Assembly: GCA_023427085.1 (NCBI GenBank)
Contig: JAEZBO010000241.1
Span: forward strand, 256-64,255
Source of the DNA: Pseudomonadota bacterium
Lineage (GTDB): Bacteria; Pseudomonadota; Gammaproteobacteria; Burkholderiales; Burkholderiaceae_B
Reading direction: 5' to 3'
DNA: 64,000 nucleotides
Under the pieces are notes generated by a model, which saw only the letters and a list, made by a program, of their open reading frames with translations, was not told the DNA's origin and ran no database searches. The translations under genes and the position numbers were made by a program. Positions 41,306-51,064 of this stretch are shown piece after piece (within the stretch, counting starts at the first letter, position 1; every line of letters starts with the position of its first letter).

Positions 41306-42295
41306 TCAGTCGGCCTGGATGCCGGCATCCTCGATGACCTTGCGCCATTTGTCCATTTCGCTGCGCTGAAACGCACTGAACTCGGCCGGGCCGCGGCCGT
41401 CGGGCGCGACGCCCAGCGACAGCAGCTTGGCCTGCACCGCCGGATCCTTCAGCGACGCGGCGATCTCGCGCGCCAGCCGTTCGACCACCGGTGCCGGCGT
41501 GCCGGCCGGCGCAAAGATGCCCTGCCACGACTGCATCGCAAAACCGGGCAGGCCCAGCTCGGCCAGCGGCTTGACGCCCGGCAGGTCGGCCAGCGGTTCG
41601 GCCGACGTGACCCCCAGCACCTTGACGCGCTTGGCGTCGATCATCGGCCGGGCCGCCGCGACGGTGTCGAACACCATGTCGATCTGGCCGCCGATCAGGT
41701 CGACCATCGATTGCGAGCCGCCCTTGTAGACGATCTGGCGCAGCTTGGTATCCGAGATCGACTGGAACAGCTGGCCCGACAGATGCTGCGAGGTGCCGGC
41801 GCCGGCGGTGCCGTAGGTCAGCGCTTCCGGTTTGGCGCGGGCCTCGTCGATGACCTGCTGGACCGTGTCGAAGCGGCTGTCGGCCCGCACCACCAACGCG
41901 TTGCTGACCATGCCCACCAGCGCGACCGGCGCGAAGTCCTTGACCGGGTCGTAGGACAGCGACTTGATGAAGAAAGGGTTGACCGCGTGGGTGGTGATGG
42001 TGCCGCCGACGATGGTGTAGCCGTCGGCGGGCGAGCGCGCCACCTGCTGGGTGCCGACCACGCCGGACACGCCGGGCTTGTTCTCGATGATGACCGACTG
42101 CCCCAGCCGGGCGGTGAGCTGCTCGGCCATCAACCGCGCCACGCCGTCGGACACGCCGCCCGGCGAGAACGGCACGATGTAGCGCACCGGCTTGGTCGGC
42201 CAGTCCGACGCGCTGCCCTGGGCCTGCGCCGGCGCCATGGCCAGCGTCAACAGGCTGGCGGCGGTCCACGAAAACAGCTTTGAGGTGCTACGCAT
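41306..42295 (-). CDS. Bug-family (TctC-like) tripartite tricarboxylate transporter substrate-binding protein
   Basis: 329 aa. Signal peptide, then WPTKPVRYIVPFSPGGVSD and YGTAGAGTSQHL, typical of the Bordetella uptake gene family. Confidence 0.9.
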   Translation of the reverse strand: MRSTSKLFSWTAASLLTLAMAPAQAQGSASDWPTKPVRYIVPFSPGGVSDGVARLMAEQLTARLGQSVIIENKPGVSGVVGTQQVARSPADGYTIVGGTITTHAVNPFFIKSLSYDPVKDFAPVALVGMVSNALVVRADSRFDTVQQVIDEARAKPEALTYGTAGAGTSQHLSGQLFQSISDTKLRQIVYKGGSQSMVDLIGGQIDMVFDTVAAARPMIDAKRVKVLGVTSAEPLADLPGVKPLAELGLPGFAMQSWQGIFAPAGTPAPVVERLAREIAASLKDPAVQAKLLSLGVAPDGRGPAEFSAFQRSEMDKWRKVIEDAGIQAD

Positions 42296-42353
42296 GAAAA
42301 TGTCTCCTGGTTTTTTGTCTGGGCGGCGTCGGGCCGCCCGGGGTTCTTGATGC

Positions 42354-43373
42354 TTAATGCGGACTGGCGGCGCGGACGGTGCCGCGCTCGATCAATTCGA
42401 TGGGCACGACGATGTCGCGCGGGCGCAGCTCGGCATGCATCTGTTCGCACAGCAGCGCGACGGTGGCCTCGACCATGGGCTCGACGCACTGGCGCACCGT
42501 GCTCAGGTCGTAGGCGGCCCACGCGGCCTGCGGCACGTCGTCGAAACCGACCACCGCGACGTCCTGCGGCACGCGCTGGCCCAGTTCCTGGCGCAGCACG
42601 TCCAGGCAGGCGATCGCCATGTGGTCGTTGGCGACGAACAGCGCATCCGGCGCATCGTGCGCGAACATCTCGCGGGTGGCCTGCTTGGCGCGTTCGAAGT
42701 CGTAGTGGCCGGCGGCGCGACTGTGCAGCGTGTGGCCCAACGCGGCCAGCGCATCGCAGAAGCCGCGTTCGCGCTCCAGGCTGGTCGACGAATCCTCGAG
42801 CCCGGCCAGAAAGCCGAAGCGCCGGTAGCCGCGCGCGGCCAGCAGATGCGCCACGGCCTGTCCGCCGGCGTGGTTGTCGGAGGTGACCGAGCTGCTGGCG
42901 TGCAAGGCCAGGCCGCCCAGCGACGAGGTGCGGTTGAACTGCAGCACCGGCACGCCGACCTCGGCGCAGTTGCGCGCCAGTTCGGGCGACAGCATCGCCG
43001 AAGCCATGACGATGCCGTCGACCTGGTATTCGAGGATCTCGGCCAGCACGTCGTCGCCGGCGTCCTCGAGCTCGGCGATGAACATCAGCACGTGATAGCC
43101 CTCTTTCTGCAGCCGCTGCGAAAGCCGCTGCATGACCAGCGGGTAGAACTGGTTCTCGAGGTAGGTCATGACCAGCGCGACGATGCGGCTGCGCCGCGTG
43201 ATCAGGCTGCGCGCCAGCGCATTGGGCCGGTAGCCGAGCTTTTGCGCGGCCGCCAGCACTTTGCGGCGGGTCTGCTCCGAGACGCTGGCGCCGGGCGTGA
43301 AGGTGCGGCTGACGGCCGACTGCGACACCTGGGCCAGGTCGGCCACGTCCTGGGCGCGCGGCGCGGTCTTCAT
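42354..43373 (-). CDS. LacI-family transcriptional regulator
   Basis: 339 aa from ATG at 43373 (the ORF-track ORF runs on to 43946 out of context). HTH DVADLAQVSQSAVSRTF and periplasmic-binding-fold core. Confidence 0.9.
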   Translation of the reverse strand: MKTAPRAQDVADLAQVSQSAVSRTFTPGASVSEQTRRKVLAAAQKLGYRPNALARSLITRRSRIVALVMTYLENQFYPLVMQRLSQRLQKEGYHVLMFIAELEDAGDDVLAEILEYQVDGIVMASAMLSPELARNCAEVGVPVLQFNRTSSLGGLALHASSSVTSDNHAGGQAVAHLLAARGYRRFGFLAGLEDSSTSLERERGFCDALAALGHTLHSRAAGHYDFERAKQATREMFAHDAPDALFVANDHMAIACLDVLRQELGQRVPQDVAVVGFDDVPQAAWAAYDLSTVRQCVEPMVEATVALLCEQMHAELRPRDIVVPIELIERGTVRAASPH

Positions 43374-44137
43374 GCGGCGGTCCAGCCGGCGTCGAGCATC
43401 AGCGCGCTGCCGGTGACCAGGCTGGATGCATCGCCGGCCAGGAACACCACGGCGCCCATGACCTCGTGCAGCTGGCCGACACGGCCCAGCGCGTTGCGCG
43501 CGCAGACCCAGTCGTGAAAGCCCGGCTGCGCCAGCATCGGCGCGGTCATCGGGGTTTCGATGAAGGTCGGGCAGATCGTGTTGACGCGGATACCCGACGG
43601 GCCGAGCTCCCAGGCCAGCGCCTTGGTGAAGCCTTCGATCGCGTGTTTGCTGGCGCAATACAGCGTGCGGCGCGGACTGCCGACATGGCCCATCTGCGAG
43701 GACACGTTGATCAGCGAGCCGGACCGCTGCTCGGCCAGCAGGCGGCGCGCCACCGCGCGGCTGACCGTGAAGCTGGCCTTGACGTTGAGGTCGAACACCG
43801 CGTCGAAGTCCGGCTCGGGCTGGTCGACCATCAGCTGCGGCCGGTTCATGCCGGCGTTGTTGACGAGGATGTCGAAGACCCTGCCCTGCCCCAGCTCGCG
43901 GTCCACCGCGGCGCTGTCGGTCACGTCCAGCACCCGCCATTCGCAATCGATGGCCTCGGCGCGCAGCGCCTCGCAGACCGCGACCAATTCGGCTTCGCGC
44001 CGCGCCGCCACCGTCACGTGCGCGCCGGCGCGGCCCAGCGCCGCGGCGGCCGCCAGGCCGATGCCGCCACTGCCGCCGGTGACCAGCGCGCTGCGCCCGT
44101 CGAGCCGAAAGCTCGGGCCTTGGGGCAACGGCATCAT
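43370..44137 (-). CDS. Short-chain dehydrogenase/reductase (SDR)
   Basis: 255 aa from ATG at 44137. [12 protein letters not shown], and YCASK catalytic motif. ATGA overlaps with both neighbours. Confidence 0.85.
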   Translation of the reverse strand: MMPLPQGPSFRLDGRSALVTGGSGGIGLAAAAALGRAGAHVTVAARREAELVAVCEALRAEAIDCEWRVLDVTDSAAVDRELGQGRVFDILVNNAGMNRPQLMVDQPEPDFDAVFDLNVKASFTVSRAVARRLLAEQRSGSLINVSSQMGHVGSPRRTLYCASKHAIEGFTKALAWELGPSGIRVNTICPTFIETPMTAPMLAQPGFHDWVCARNALGRVGQLHEVMGAVVFLAGDASSLVTGSALMLDAGWTAA

Positions 44138-45453
44138 GCCTGGGCCTCGACCGGCTGGTACCAGGGCAGGTCGGGCCGCTGGCCGTAACGGCGCACGCGG
44201 ATGTTGGCCTGCTCGCCGTGGCCGGCGAAATTTTCCATATGGCACAGGCGCGAGCAGTACTCGCCCATGGTGGCGCTGGCCTCGTCGGTCAGCACGCGCT
44301 GGTAGGTGCAGGTCTTGAGGAACTTGCCGACCCACAACCCGCCGGTGTAGCGCGCCGCGCGGTTGGTCGGCAGCGTGTGGTTGGTGCCGATGACCTTGTC
44401 GCCGAAGCTGACGTTGGTGCGCGGGCCCAGGAACAGCGCGCCGTAGTTGCTCATGTTCTCGAGGAAGAACTCGGGATCGCGCGTCATCACCTGCACGTGC
44501 TCGAAGGCCAGTTCGTCGGCGACCTGCAGCATCTCTTCTTCGCTGTCGCAGACGATCACCTCGCCGCAATCGGCCCAGGCCTGCGCGGCGATCCCGGCGG
44601 TCGGCAGGATCGTCAGTTGATGCTCGATCTGCGCCAGCGTGTCGCGCGCCAGCTGTTCGCTATTGGTCAGCAGCACGGCCGGCGAGGTCGGCCCGTGTTC
44701 GGCCTGCCCCAGCAGATCGACCGCGCACAGTTCGCCGTCGACGCTGTCGTCGGCGATCACCAGCGTCTCGGTCGGCCCGGCGAACAGATCGATGCCGACC
44801 CGGCCATACAGCTGGCGCTTGGCTTCGGCGACGAACATATTGCCCGGGCCGACCAGCATGTCGACCGGCGCCAGCGTCGGCGTGCCGACCGCCATCGCGA
44901 CGATGGCCTGCACGCCGCCCAGCACCAGGATCTCGTCGGCGCCAGCCATGTCCATCGCGGTGACGATGGCCGGGTGCGGCTTGCCCTGGTAAGGCGGCGC
45001 GGTCGAGACGATGCGTTCGACGCCGGCCACCTTGGCCGTCAGCACGCTCATGTGCGCCGACGCCAGCAAGGGGTACTTGCCGCCGGGGATGTAGCAGCCC
45101 ACCGCGTTCATCGGCACGTGCCGGTGGCCCAGCACCACGCCCGGAAAGGTCTCGACCTCGACGTCGCGCATCGAGTCGCGCTGGATCTGCGCGAAGTTGC
45201 GCACCTGCTTCTGCGCAAACGCGATGTCGTCGATCTCGCGCTGCGTCAGCTGCTTGCGGGCCGCCTCGATCTCGGCGCGCGTCAGCCGGAAGTCGCTCGG
45301 ATCCCAGTTGTCGAACTTGCGGCTGTACTCGCGCACGGCCTGGTCGCCGCGGCTTTCGATGTCGCGGATGATGTCTTCGACGGTGGCGCGCACCTTGGCG
45401 TCGGCATCGGTCTTGACGGCGGCGGTACGGCCGCGTTTGAGGTATCGGATCAT
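44134..45453 (-). CDS. Histidinol dehydrogenase-family paralogue (HisD/HpsN-like four-electron alcohol dehydrogenase)
   Basis: About 439 aa from ATG at 45453. HisD signatures [18 protein letters not shown], and GTNHTLPT. Not in a his operon. Confidence 0.75.
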   Translation of the reverse strand: MIRYLKRGRTAAVKTDADAKVRATVEDIIRDIESRGDQAVREYSRKFDNWDPSDFRLTRAEIEAARKQLTQREIDDIAFAQKQVRNFAQIQRDSMRDVEVETFPGVVLGHRHVPMNAVGCYIPGGKYPLLASAHMSVLTAKVAGVERIVSTAPPYQGKPHPAIVTAMDMAGADEILVLGGVQAIVAMAVGTPTLAPVDMLVGPGNMFVAEAKRQLYGRVGIDLFAGPTETLVIADDSVDGELCAVDLLGQAEHGPTSPAVLLTNSEQLARDTLAQIEHQLTILPTAGIAAQAWADCGEVIVCDSEEEMLQVADELAFEHVQVMTRDPEFFLENMSNYGALFLGPRTNVSFGDKVIGTNHTLPTNRAARYTGGLWVGKFLKTCTYQRVLTDEASATMGEYCSRLCHMENFAGHGEQANIRVRRYGQRPDLPWYQPVEAQA

Positions 45454-45500
45454 GCGCAGGTCCTGGTCGGCGAAGTGAAGATGGCGCCACTTTCCGATCC

Positions 45501-45516
45501 TTGCATACGTATGCAA
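45501..45516. promoter_or_regulatory. Candidate LacI-type operator, perfect palindrome TTGCATACGTATGCAA
   Basis: 16-bp perfect palindrome with the central CG typical of LacI-family operators. Lies 48-63 nt upstream of the hisD-like start. A LacI gene closes that operon. Confidence 0.5.
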
Positions 45517-45578
45517 ATTAGGATTAACCCTAAGTTTTGTCAGTAGAAACGCCCTAGGGCTATTCCTAATTTTGCTTA

Positions 45579-45600
45579 CATCATACGAATATGTATGATG
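45579..45600. promoter_or_regulatory. Candidate GntR/FadR-type operator CATCATAC-GAATAT-GTATGATG
   Basis: Perfect 8-bp inverted arms about 34 nt upstream of the otnK ATG. A GntR gene closes the otn/TRAP operon. Confidence 0.4.
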
Positions 45601-45633
45601 ATTTCCCGATACCAAAAACCACGCTGGGGAGAC

Positions 45634-46920
45634 ATGAAACTAGCCTGCATCGCCGACGATTTCACCGGTGCGACCGACGTCGCCAACAATCTGGTGCGCG
45701 CCGGCATGCGCGTCGTGCAGACCATCGGCCTGCCGCGCGACCGCAGCCCGATCGACGCCGATGCCGTGGTGGTGGCACTCAAGAGCCGCACCACCCCGGC
45801 CGCCGACGCGGTGGCCGAGTCGGTGGCTGCCTGCGAGTGGCTGCGCGCCTTGTCGCCCGAGGCGCCGCCGCAGATCTATTTCAAGTACTGCTCGACCTTC
45901 GACAGCACCGCGCAAGGCAATATCGGGCCGGTCACCGAAGCGCTGATGGCCGCCACCGGCGCGCCGTTCACGGTCGCCACGCCGGCGTTTCCCGACAACG
46001 GCCGCTCGGTCTTCAAGGGCCACCTGTTCGTCGGCGACGCGCTGCTGTCCGACTCAAGCATGCGCGACCATCCGCTCACGCCGATGACCGACGCCAACCT
46101 GGTGCGCGTGCTGCAGGCGCAATGCGCCACGCAGAAGGTCGGCCTGGTCGAGCATCGGGTCGTCAGCGCCGGCGCCGCCGCGGTGCGCGAGCGTTTCGCC
46201 CAGCTGCAACAGCAAGGCGTGGGCATCGCCATCCTCGATGCGGTCGACAATGACGCGCTGATCACGCTGGGCCAAGCCTGCGCCGACCTGCCGCTGGTCA
46301 CCGCCGGCTCGGGCCTGGCGATCGGCCTGCCCGGCCAGTGGGGCTTCGCGGCCAACCGCGAGGCCGGCCGCCTGCCCGCCGCGCACGGCAAGCGCGCCAT
46401 CCTGGCCGGCAGCTGCTCCAGCGCCACGCAACGCCAGATCGCCGACTACCAGCAGCAAGGCGGCGCGGCCTACGCGCTCGACCCGCTGCGCATCGCGCAG
46501 GGCGAAGACGTCGCCGGCGCCGCGCTGCAGTGGGCCGCCGGCCTGCTCGAGCAGGACCGCAGCGTGCTGATCTATTCGACCGCCGACGCGGCGACCGTCA
46601 AGGCCATCCAGGCCCGCCTGGGCACCCACGAAGCCGGCGCGATGGTCGAGCGCACGCTGGCCACGATCGCGCGCGGCCTGATGGACCTACAGGTCCGGCA
46701 ACTGATCGTCGCCGGCGGCGAGACCTCGGGCGCCTGCGTGCAGGCGCTGGGCATCGAACGCCTGCTGATCGGTCCGCAGATCGATCCCGGCGTGCCTTGG
46801 TGCCACGCGCGCAGCGATGCCATCGGCGCCGACGAAGGCCTGCACCTGACCCTCAAGTCCGGCAATTTTGGCGCGGACGATTTTTTCACCAAGGCCTTCC
46901 AGGCGCTGCAAGCGGCCTGA
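45634..46920 (+). CDS. otnK: DUF1537 four-carbon acid-sugar kinase (3-oxo-tetronate kinase-like)
   Basis: ATG at 45634. N-terminal [17 protein letters not shown] signature of DUF1537 kinases. Followed by class II aldolase-type and isomerase-type genes. Confidence 0.8.
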   Translation: MKLACIADDFTGATDVANNLVRAGMRVVQTIGLPRDRSPIDADAVVVALKSRTTPAADAVAESVAACEWLRALSPEAPPQIYFKYCSTFDSTAQGNIGPVTEALMAATGAPFTVATPAFPDNGRSVFKGHLFVGDALLSDSSMRDHPLTPMTDANLVRVLQAQCATQKVGLVEHRVVSAGAAAVRERFAQLQQQGVGIAILDAVDNDALITLGQACADLPLVTAGSGLAIGLPGQWGFAANREAGRLPAAHGKRAILAGSCSSATQRQIADYQQQGGAAYALDPLRIAQGEDVAGAALQWAAGLLEQDRSVLIYSTADAATVKAIQARLGTHEAGAMVERTLATIARGLMDLQVRQLIVAGGETSGACVQALGIERLLIGPQIDPGVPWCHARSDAIGADEGLHLTLKSGNFGADDFFTKAFQALQAA

Positions 46921-46933
46921 GTCTCGACCCGCC

Positions 46934-47587
46934 ATGAACGAAACCCAGCTCAGAGAAGAAATCTGCGTCGTCGGACAATCGCTGTTCGCGCGCGGCTACG
47001 TGCACGCGACCGCCGGCAACATCAGCTGCCGGCTCGACGACGACAGCATCCTGATCACGCCGACCGACGCCTGCCTCGGCCGCCTGCAACCGCAGGACCT
47101 GGTGCGCGTCGATGCGCAGGGCCAGGCGCCGGCCGGCGCGCGGCCCAGCAAGACCATCGTGCTGCACCGGCGCATCTACGGCGCCGATCCGTCGGCACGC
47201 TGCGTCATCCACACGCACAGCACCCATCTGGTCGCGCTGACGCTCAAGGGCGTCTGGCGCGACAGCGACATCGTGCCACCGATCACGCCCTATTACGTGA
47301 TGAAGGTCGGCCACGTGCCGCTGATTCCGTATCACCGGCCCGGCGCGGCCGAGGTCGGCGAACTCGTCGCGCAGGCGATCACGCGGGCCCGCCAGGCCGA
47401 TGCGCCGCTGCGCGCGGTGATGCTCGACCGGCTCGGCCCCAATGTCTGGCACGACTCGCCGATGGCCGCGATGGCGGTGCTCGAAGAGCTCGAGGAAACC
47501 GCCCGGCTATGGCTGCTGACCGACGCGGCACCGCTCGACGCGGCGCAGATCGACGAACTTCGCCAGACCTTCGGCGCGCGCTGGTAA
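46934..47587 (+). CDS. otnC: Class II aldolase/adducin-family protein (3-oxo-tetronate 4-phosphate decarboxylase-like)
   Basis: ATG at 46934. GYVHATAGNISCRL and VIHTHSTHLVALT motifs. Gene context. Confidence 0.75.
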   Translation: MNETQLREEICVVGQSLFARGYVHATAGNISCRLDDDSILITPTDACLGRLQPQDLVRVDAQGQAPAGARPSKTIVLHRRIYGADPSARCVIHTHSTHLVALTLKGVWRDSDIVPPITPYYVMKVGHVPLIPYHRPGAAEVGELVAQAITRARQADAPLRAVMLDRLGPNVWHDSPMAAMAVLEELEETARLWLLTDAAPLDAAQIDELRQTFGARW

Positions 47588-47636
47588 GCCGCGCCCTCTC
47601 CTTTCAACCGCCCTCTTGCCGACCCCTCGCGACGCC

Positions 47637-48425
47637 ATGCTGAAATTCTCGGCCAACCTGTCCATCCTGTTCACCGAATTGCCGTTCGCCGAACGCTTCG
47701 CCGCCGCCCGCCAGGCGGGTTTCAGCGCGGTCGAATGCTGGTTTCCGTACGAACACGCCAACGCCGAACAGACCGTCAGACTGCTGGCCGACAACGGCCT
47801 GACCATGGTCGGCATCAATTCGCCGTGGGGCGCCGACGGCCAGTGGGGCCTGGCCGCCCTGCCCGGCAGCGAAGCCGCCTTCGAACAGTCGCTGCGCCAG
47901 ACGCTCGACTATGCACAGGCGATCGGCCGCCCGGCGGTGCACGTGATGGCCGGCCTGGCCGGCCACATCCCGCGCCACGAGGCGCAGCGCTGCTACGTCG
48001 CCAACCTGCGCCGCGCGGTGCAACTGGCGCAGGGCAGCGGCATCACGCTGGTGATCGAGCCGCTCAACAGCCGCGACCGGCCGGGTTATTTCCTGAACAG
48101 CGTCGAACAGGCCGCCGCCTTGATCGAACACGAGGGCCTGGACAGCCTGCGCATCATGTTCGACTGCTATCACACGCAGGTCCAGGAAGGCGACCTGATC
48201 ACCCGGCTGCGCCGCCATTACGACAAGATCGGCCACGTGCAGATCGCCGGCGTGCCGGCCCGCGGCGAACCCGACCGCGGTGAACTCAATTACGCCGAAG
48301 TGTTGCGCGAGCTGAGCCGGCTGGGCTGGCAGGGCCACGTCGGCGCCGAATACAAACCCACCGGCGCCTCGGCCGACAGCTTCGGCTGGTTGCGCGCGTG
48401 GCGGGACGACGGTATCGCCGCCTAG
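47637..48425 (+). CDS. otnI: Hydroxypyruvate isomerase-family protein (2-oxo-tetronate isomerase-like)
   Basis: ATG at 47637. MLKFSANLSILFTELPF start and TIM-barrel xylose-isomerase-like pattern (IEPLN, HVQIAG). Confidence 0.75.
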   Translation: MLKFSANLSILFTELPFAERFAAARQAGFSAVECWFPYEHANAEQTVRLLADNGLTMVGINSPWGADGQWGLAALPGSEAAFEQSLRQTLDYAQAIGRPAVHVMAGLAGHIPRHEAQRCYVANLRRAVQLAQGSGITLVIEPLNSRDRPGYFLNSVEQAAALIEHEGLDSLRIMFDCYHTQVQEGDLITRLRRHYDKIGHVQIAGVPARGEPDRGELNYAEVLRELSRLGWQGHVGAEYKPTGASADSFGWLRAWRDDGIAA

Positions 48426-48492
48426 GCCCGCCGGGCCTGTCAGCGGTTTTTTGCAGAAGCATCTTTCATATTTAAAACAAGGGAGACCTACG

Positions 48493-49524
48493 ATGACCTT
48501 CAAGACCTTCAACCCCTGGATCGGCCGCCTGGCCGCCGGCGCAATCGCCGTCTGCCTGGCCGCCGGCGCCTCGGCCGCCGAGTTCCAGTCGCGCACCTTC
48601 AAGCTCGGCCACGTGATCGCCGACGATCACCCGGCCGCGCTGGGCGCCAAGCGCTGGGCCGAGCTGCTCGACAAGGGCAGCGACGGCAAGTTCAAGGTGC
48701 GCGTGCACGGCAACGGCAGCATCGGCGGCGACGTGCAGATGACCTCGGCCGTGCAGGGCGGCGTGCAGGAGCTCGGCATCATCACGTCCTCGCCGATGGC
48801 CAGCGTGGTGCGCGAGATCGGCCTGCTCGACCTGCCCTTCACGTTCCAGACCGCGCAGGAAGTCGACGCGGTGCTGGCCGGCAAGGTCGGCGAGTCGATC
48901 GCCGCCAAGATGGAAGAAAAAGGCATCGTGCTGCTGGGCTGGATGGAGAACGGCTTTCGCAGCATCACCAACAGCCGCCGCGCCATCACCAAGTTCGAGG
49001 ACATGCAGGGTCTGAAGATCCGCGTGCTGCAGAACCCGGTCTACATCGAGACCTTCAACACGCTGGGCGCCAACGCCGTGCCGATGCCCTTCCCCGAGGT
49101 CTACACGGCGCTCGAATCGCGCGCGGTGGACGGCCAGGAGAACCCGCTGGGCACCATCAACACCTCCAAGTTCAATGAAGTGCAGAAGTACCTGAGCGTG
49201 ACGCGCCACACCTACACGCCCTACGTGGCGGTGATCAGCAAGCGCGTCTGGGACCGCCTGTCGCCGGACGAGCAGAAGCTGATGCGTGAAAGCGCCGCCG
49301 AAGCCTCGGCCTACCAGCGCCAGGTGGCTCGCGACAGCGAAGCCAAGTTCCTGGCCGAGCTCAAGGAGCGCGGCATGGAAGTCAACGAACTGTCGGCCGA
49401 CGAAGCTGCCCGCATGCGCGACAAGCTCAAGCCGGTGATCGACAAGTTCTCGTCCGATCTGGGCGGCCCGCTGGGCGCCGAGATGCTGGCCGAGATCGAG
49501 AAGGTCCGCGGCGCGGCCAAGTAA
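48493..49524 (+). CDS. dctP: TRAP transporter substrate-binding protein (DctP family)
   Basis: ATG at 48493. Signal peptide and DctP-family pattern (FKLGHVIADDHPA, ENGFRSITNS). Confidence 0.85.
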   Translation: MTFKTFNPWIGRLAAGAIAVCLAAGASAAEFQSRTFKLGHVIADDHPAALGAKRWAELLDKGSDGKFKVRVHGNGSIGGDVQMTSAVQGGVQELGIITSSPMASVVREIGLLDLPFTFQTAQEVDAVLAGKVGESIAAKMEEKGIVLLGWMENGFRSITNSRRAITKFEDMQGLKIRVLQNPVYIETFNTLGANAVPMPFPEVYTALESRAVDGQENPLGTINTSKFNEVQKYLSVTRHTYTPYVAVISKRVWDRLSPDEQKLMRESAAEASAYQRQVARDSEAKFLAELKERGMEVNELSADEAARMRDKLKPVIDKFSSDLGGPLGAEMLAEIEKVRGAAK

Positions 49525-49548
49525 GCACAAGCAACAAGAGAACAGACC

Positions 49549-50499
49549 ATGCAGATCACCATCACCGGCGGCGCCGGCTTCCTGGCTTCCATGCTCGTCA
49601 CGCGCCTGCTCGAGACCGGCGTGGCCGGCCGTGCCGTCACGCGTATCGTCAGCGTCGATCTGGCGCCGTGCCCGGTCCAGGACCCGCGTGTGGAAAGCCT
49701 GGTGGCCGACGTCCACGACGCCGACACGCTGGCGCGCGCGATCGGCCCGGACACCGATGCCATCGTGCATCTGGCCGCGGTCGTCAGCGGCCAGGCCGAG
49801 GCCGACTTCGACCTGGGCATGCGCGTGAACGTCGACGCGACCCGGCTGCTGCTCGAGCGCGCCCGCGCGCTCGGCACCCGCCCGCGCGTGGTGTTCACCA
49901 GCTCGGTGGCGGCTTTCGGCGGCACGCTGCCGGACAAGCTGCCCGACGACACCCGTGCGTTGCCGCAAAGCTCGTACGGCGTGCAAAAGGTGATCGGTGA
50001 ACTGCTGGTCGGCGATTACACCCGCAAGGGTTTCATCGACGGTATCACCTTGCGCGTGCCCACCATCTCGGTGCGGCCGGGCAAGCCCAACAAGGCCGCC
50101 TCGAGCTTTGCCAGCGGCATCATCCGCGAGCCGCTGGCCGGCGTCGAGGCGGTCTGCCCGGTCTCGACCGGCATGCGCATGTGGCTGCAGTCGCCCGACC
50201 GCGCGATCGACAACCTGGCGCTGGCGCTGGCGCTGGACGGCGAGCTGCTGGGCAATGACCGCACCGTCAACCTGCCCGGCCTGTCGGTCGCGGTCGGCGA
50301 CATGATCGAAGCGATGCGCGAGGCCGCTGGCGACGAGGCGGTGGCCCGTATCCGTCACGAGATCGACCCCGCCATCGAACGCATCGTCGCGTCGTGGCCG
50401 AACGATTTCACCGCCACGCGTGCCCTGAAGCTGGGCTTCGTGGCCGACAAGGACTATCTGTCCATCGTCCGCGCCCACCAGGCGCGCATGGGTGGCTGA
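49549..50499 (+). CDS. denD: NAD-dependent epimerase/dehydratase-family protein (D-erythronate dehydrogenase-like)
   Basis: 316 aa. ITITGGAGFLAS Rossmann start and extended-SDR YGVQK motif. Context is the otnK/C/I genes. Confidence 0.65.
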   Translation: MQITITGGAGFLASMLVTRLLETGVAGRAVTRIVSVDLAPCPVQDPRVESLVADVHDADTLARAIGPDTDAIVHLAAVVSGQAEADFDLGMRVNVDATRLLLERARALGTRPRVVFTSSVAAFGGTLPDKLPDDTRALPQSSYGVQKVIGELLVGDYTRKGFIDGITLRVPTISVRPGKPNKAASSFASGIIREPLAGVEAVCPVSTGMRMWLQSPDRAIDNLALALALDGELLGNDRTVNLPGLSVAVGDMIEAMREAAGDEAVARIRHEIDPAIERIVASWPNDFTATRALKLGFVADKDYLSIVRAHQARMGG

Positions 50500-51064
50500 C
50501 ATGAAAAAACTGATCGACGGCTACTTCAAGATGCTCGGCGTCCTGATGGTGCTGTGCCTGGTCGGCATGGTGGTGCTGGTGTTCAGCAACGTCGTGCTGC
50601 GTTACGCCTTCAACTCCGGCATCACCTCGTCCGAGGAAGTGTCGCGCTGGCTGTTCGTCTGGCTGGTGTTCCTGGGCGGCATCATCGCGCTGCGCGAACG
50701 CCAGCACCTGGGCGTCGAGATCGTGGTGCGCCGCCTGTCGGTGCGCGGCCGCAAGATCGCGCTGGTGATCAGCCAGCTGCTGATCCTGGCGACGCTGTGG
50801 CTGTTCCTGTCGGGCAGCTGGGCGCAGACGCTGATCAACCTGAACGTCGAGGCGCCGGCCACCGGCCTGTCGATGTCGATCGTCTACGTGGTCGGCATCG
50901 TGTTCAGCCTGTCGGCGGGCGCACTGGTGTTCTGGGACCTGCTGCGCGTGCTGACCGGCCGCATCGACGACGAGGAGCTGGTGATGGTGACCGAGTCCGA
51001 AGAAAAGGCCGAGCTCGATTCGCTCAAGCGCGAGCTGGCCGCCGCCGAAGGAAAACAACCATGA
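50492..51064 (+). CDS. dctQ: TRAP transporter small permease (DctQ)
   Basis: 190 aa, four TM segments. 8-nt overlap with denD and 4-nt overlap with dctM. Confidence 0.85.
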   Translation: MADMKKLIDGYFKMLGVLMVLCLVGMVVLVFSNVVLRYAFNSGITSSEEVSRWLFVWLVFLGGIIALRERQHLGVEIVVRRLSVRGRKIALVISQLLILATLWLFLSGSWAQTLINLNVEAPATGLSMSIVYVVGIVFSLSAGALVFWDLLRVLTGRIDDEELVMVTESEEKAELDSLKRELAAAEGKQP

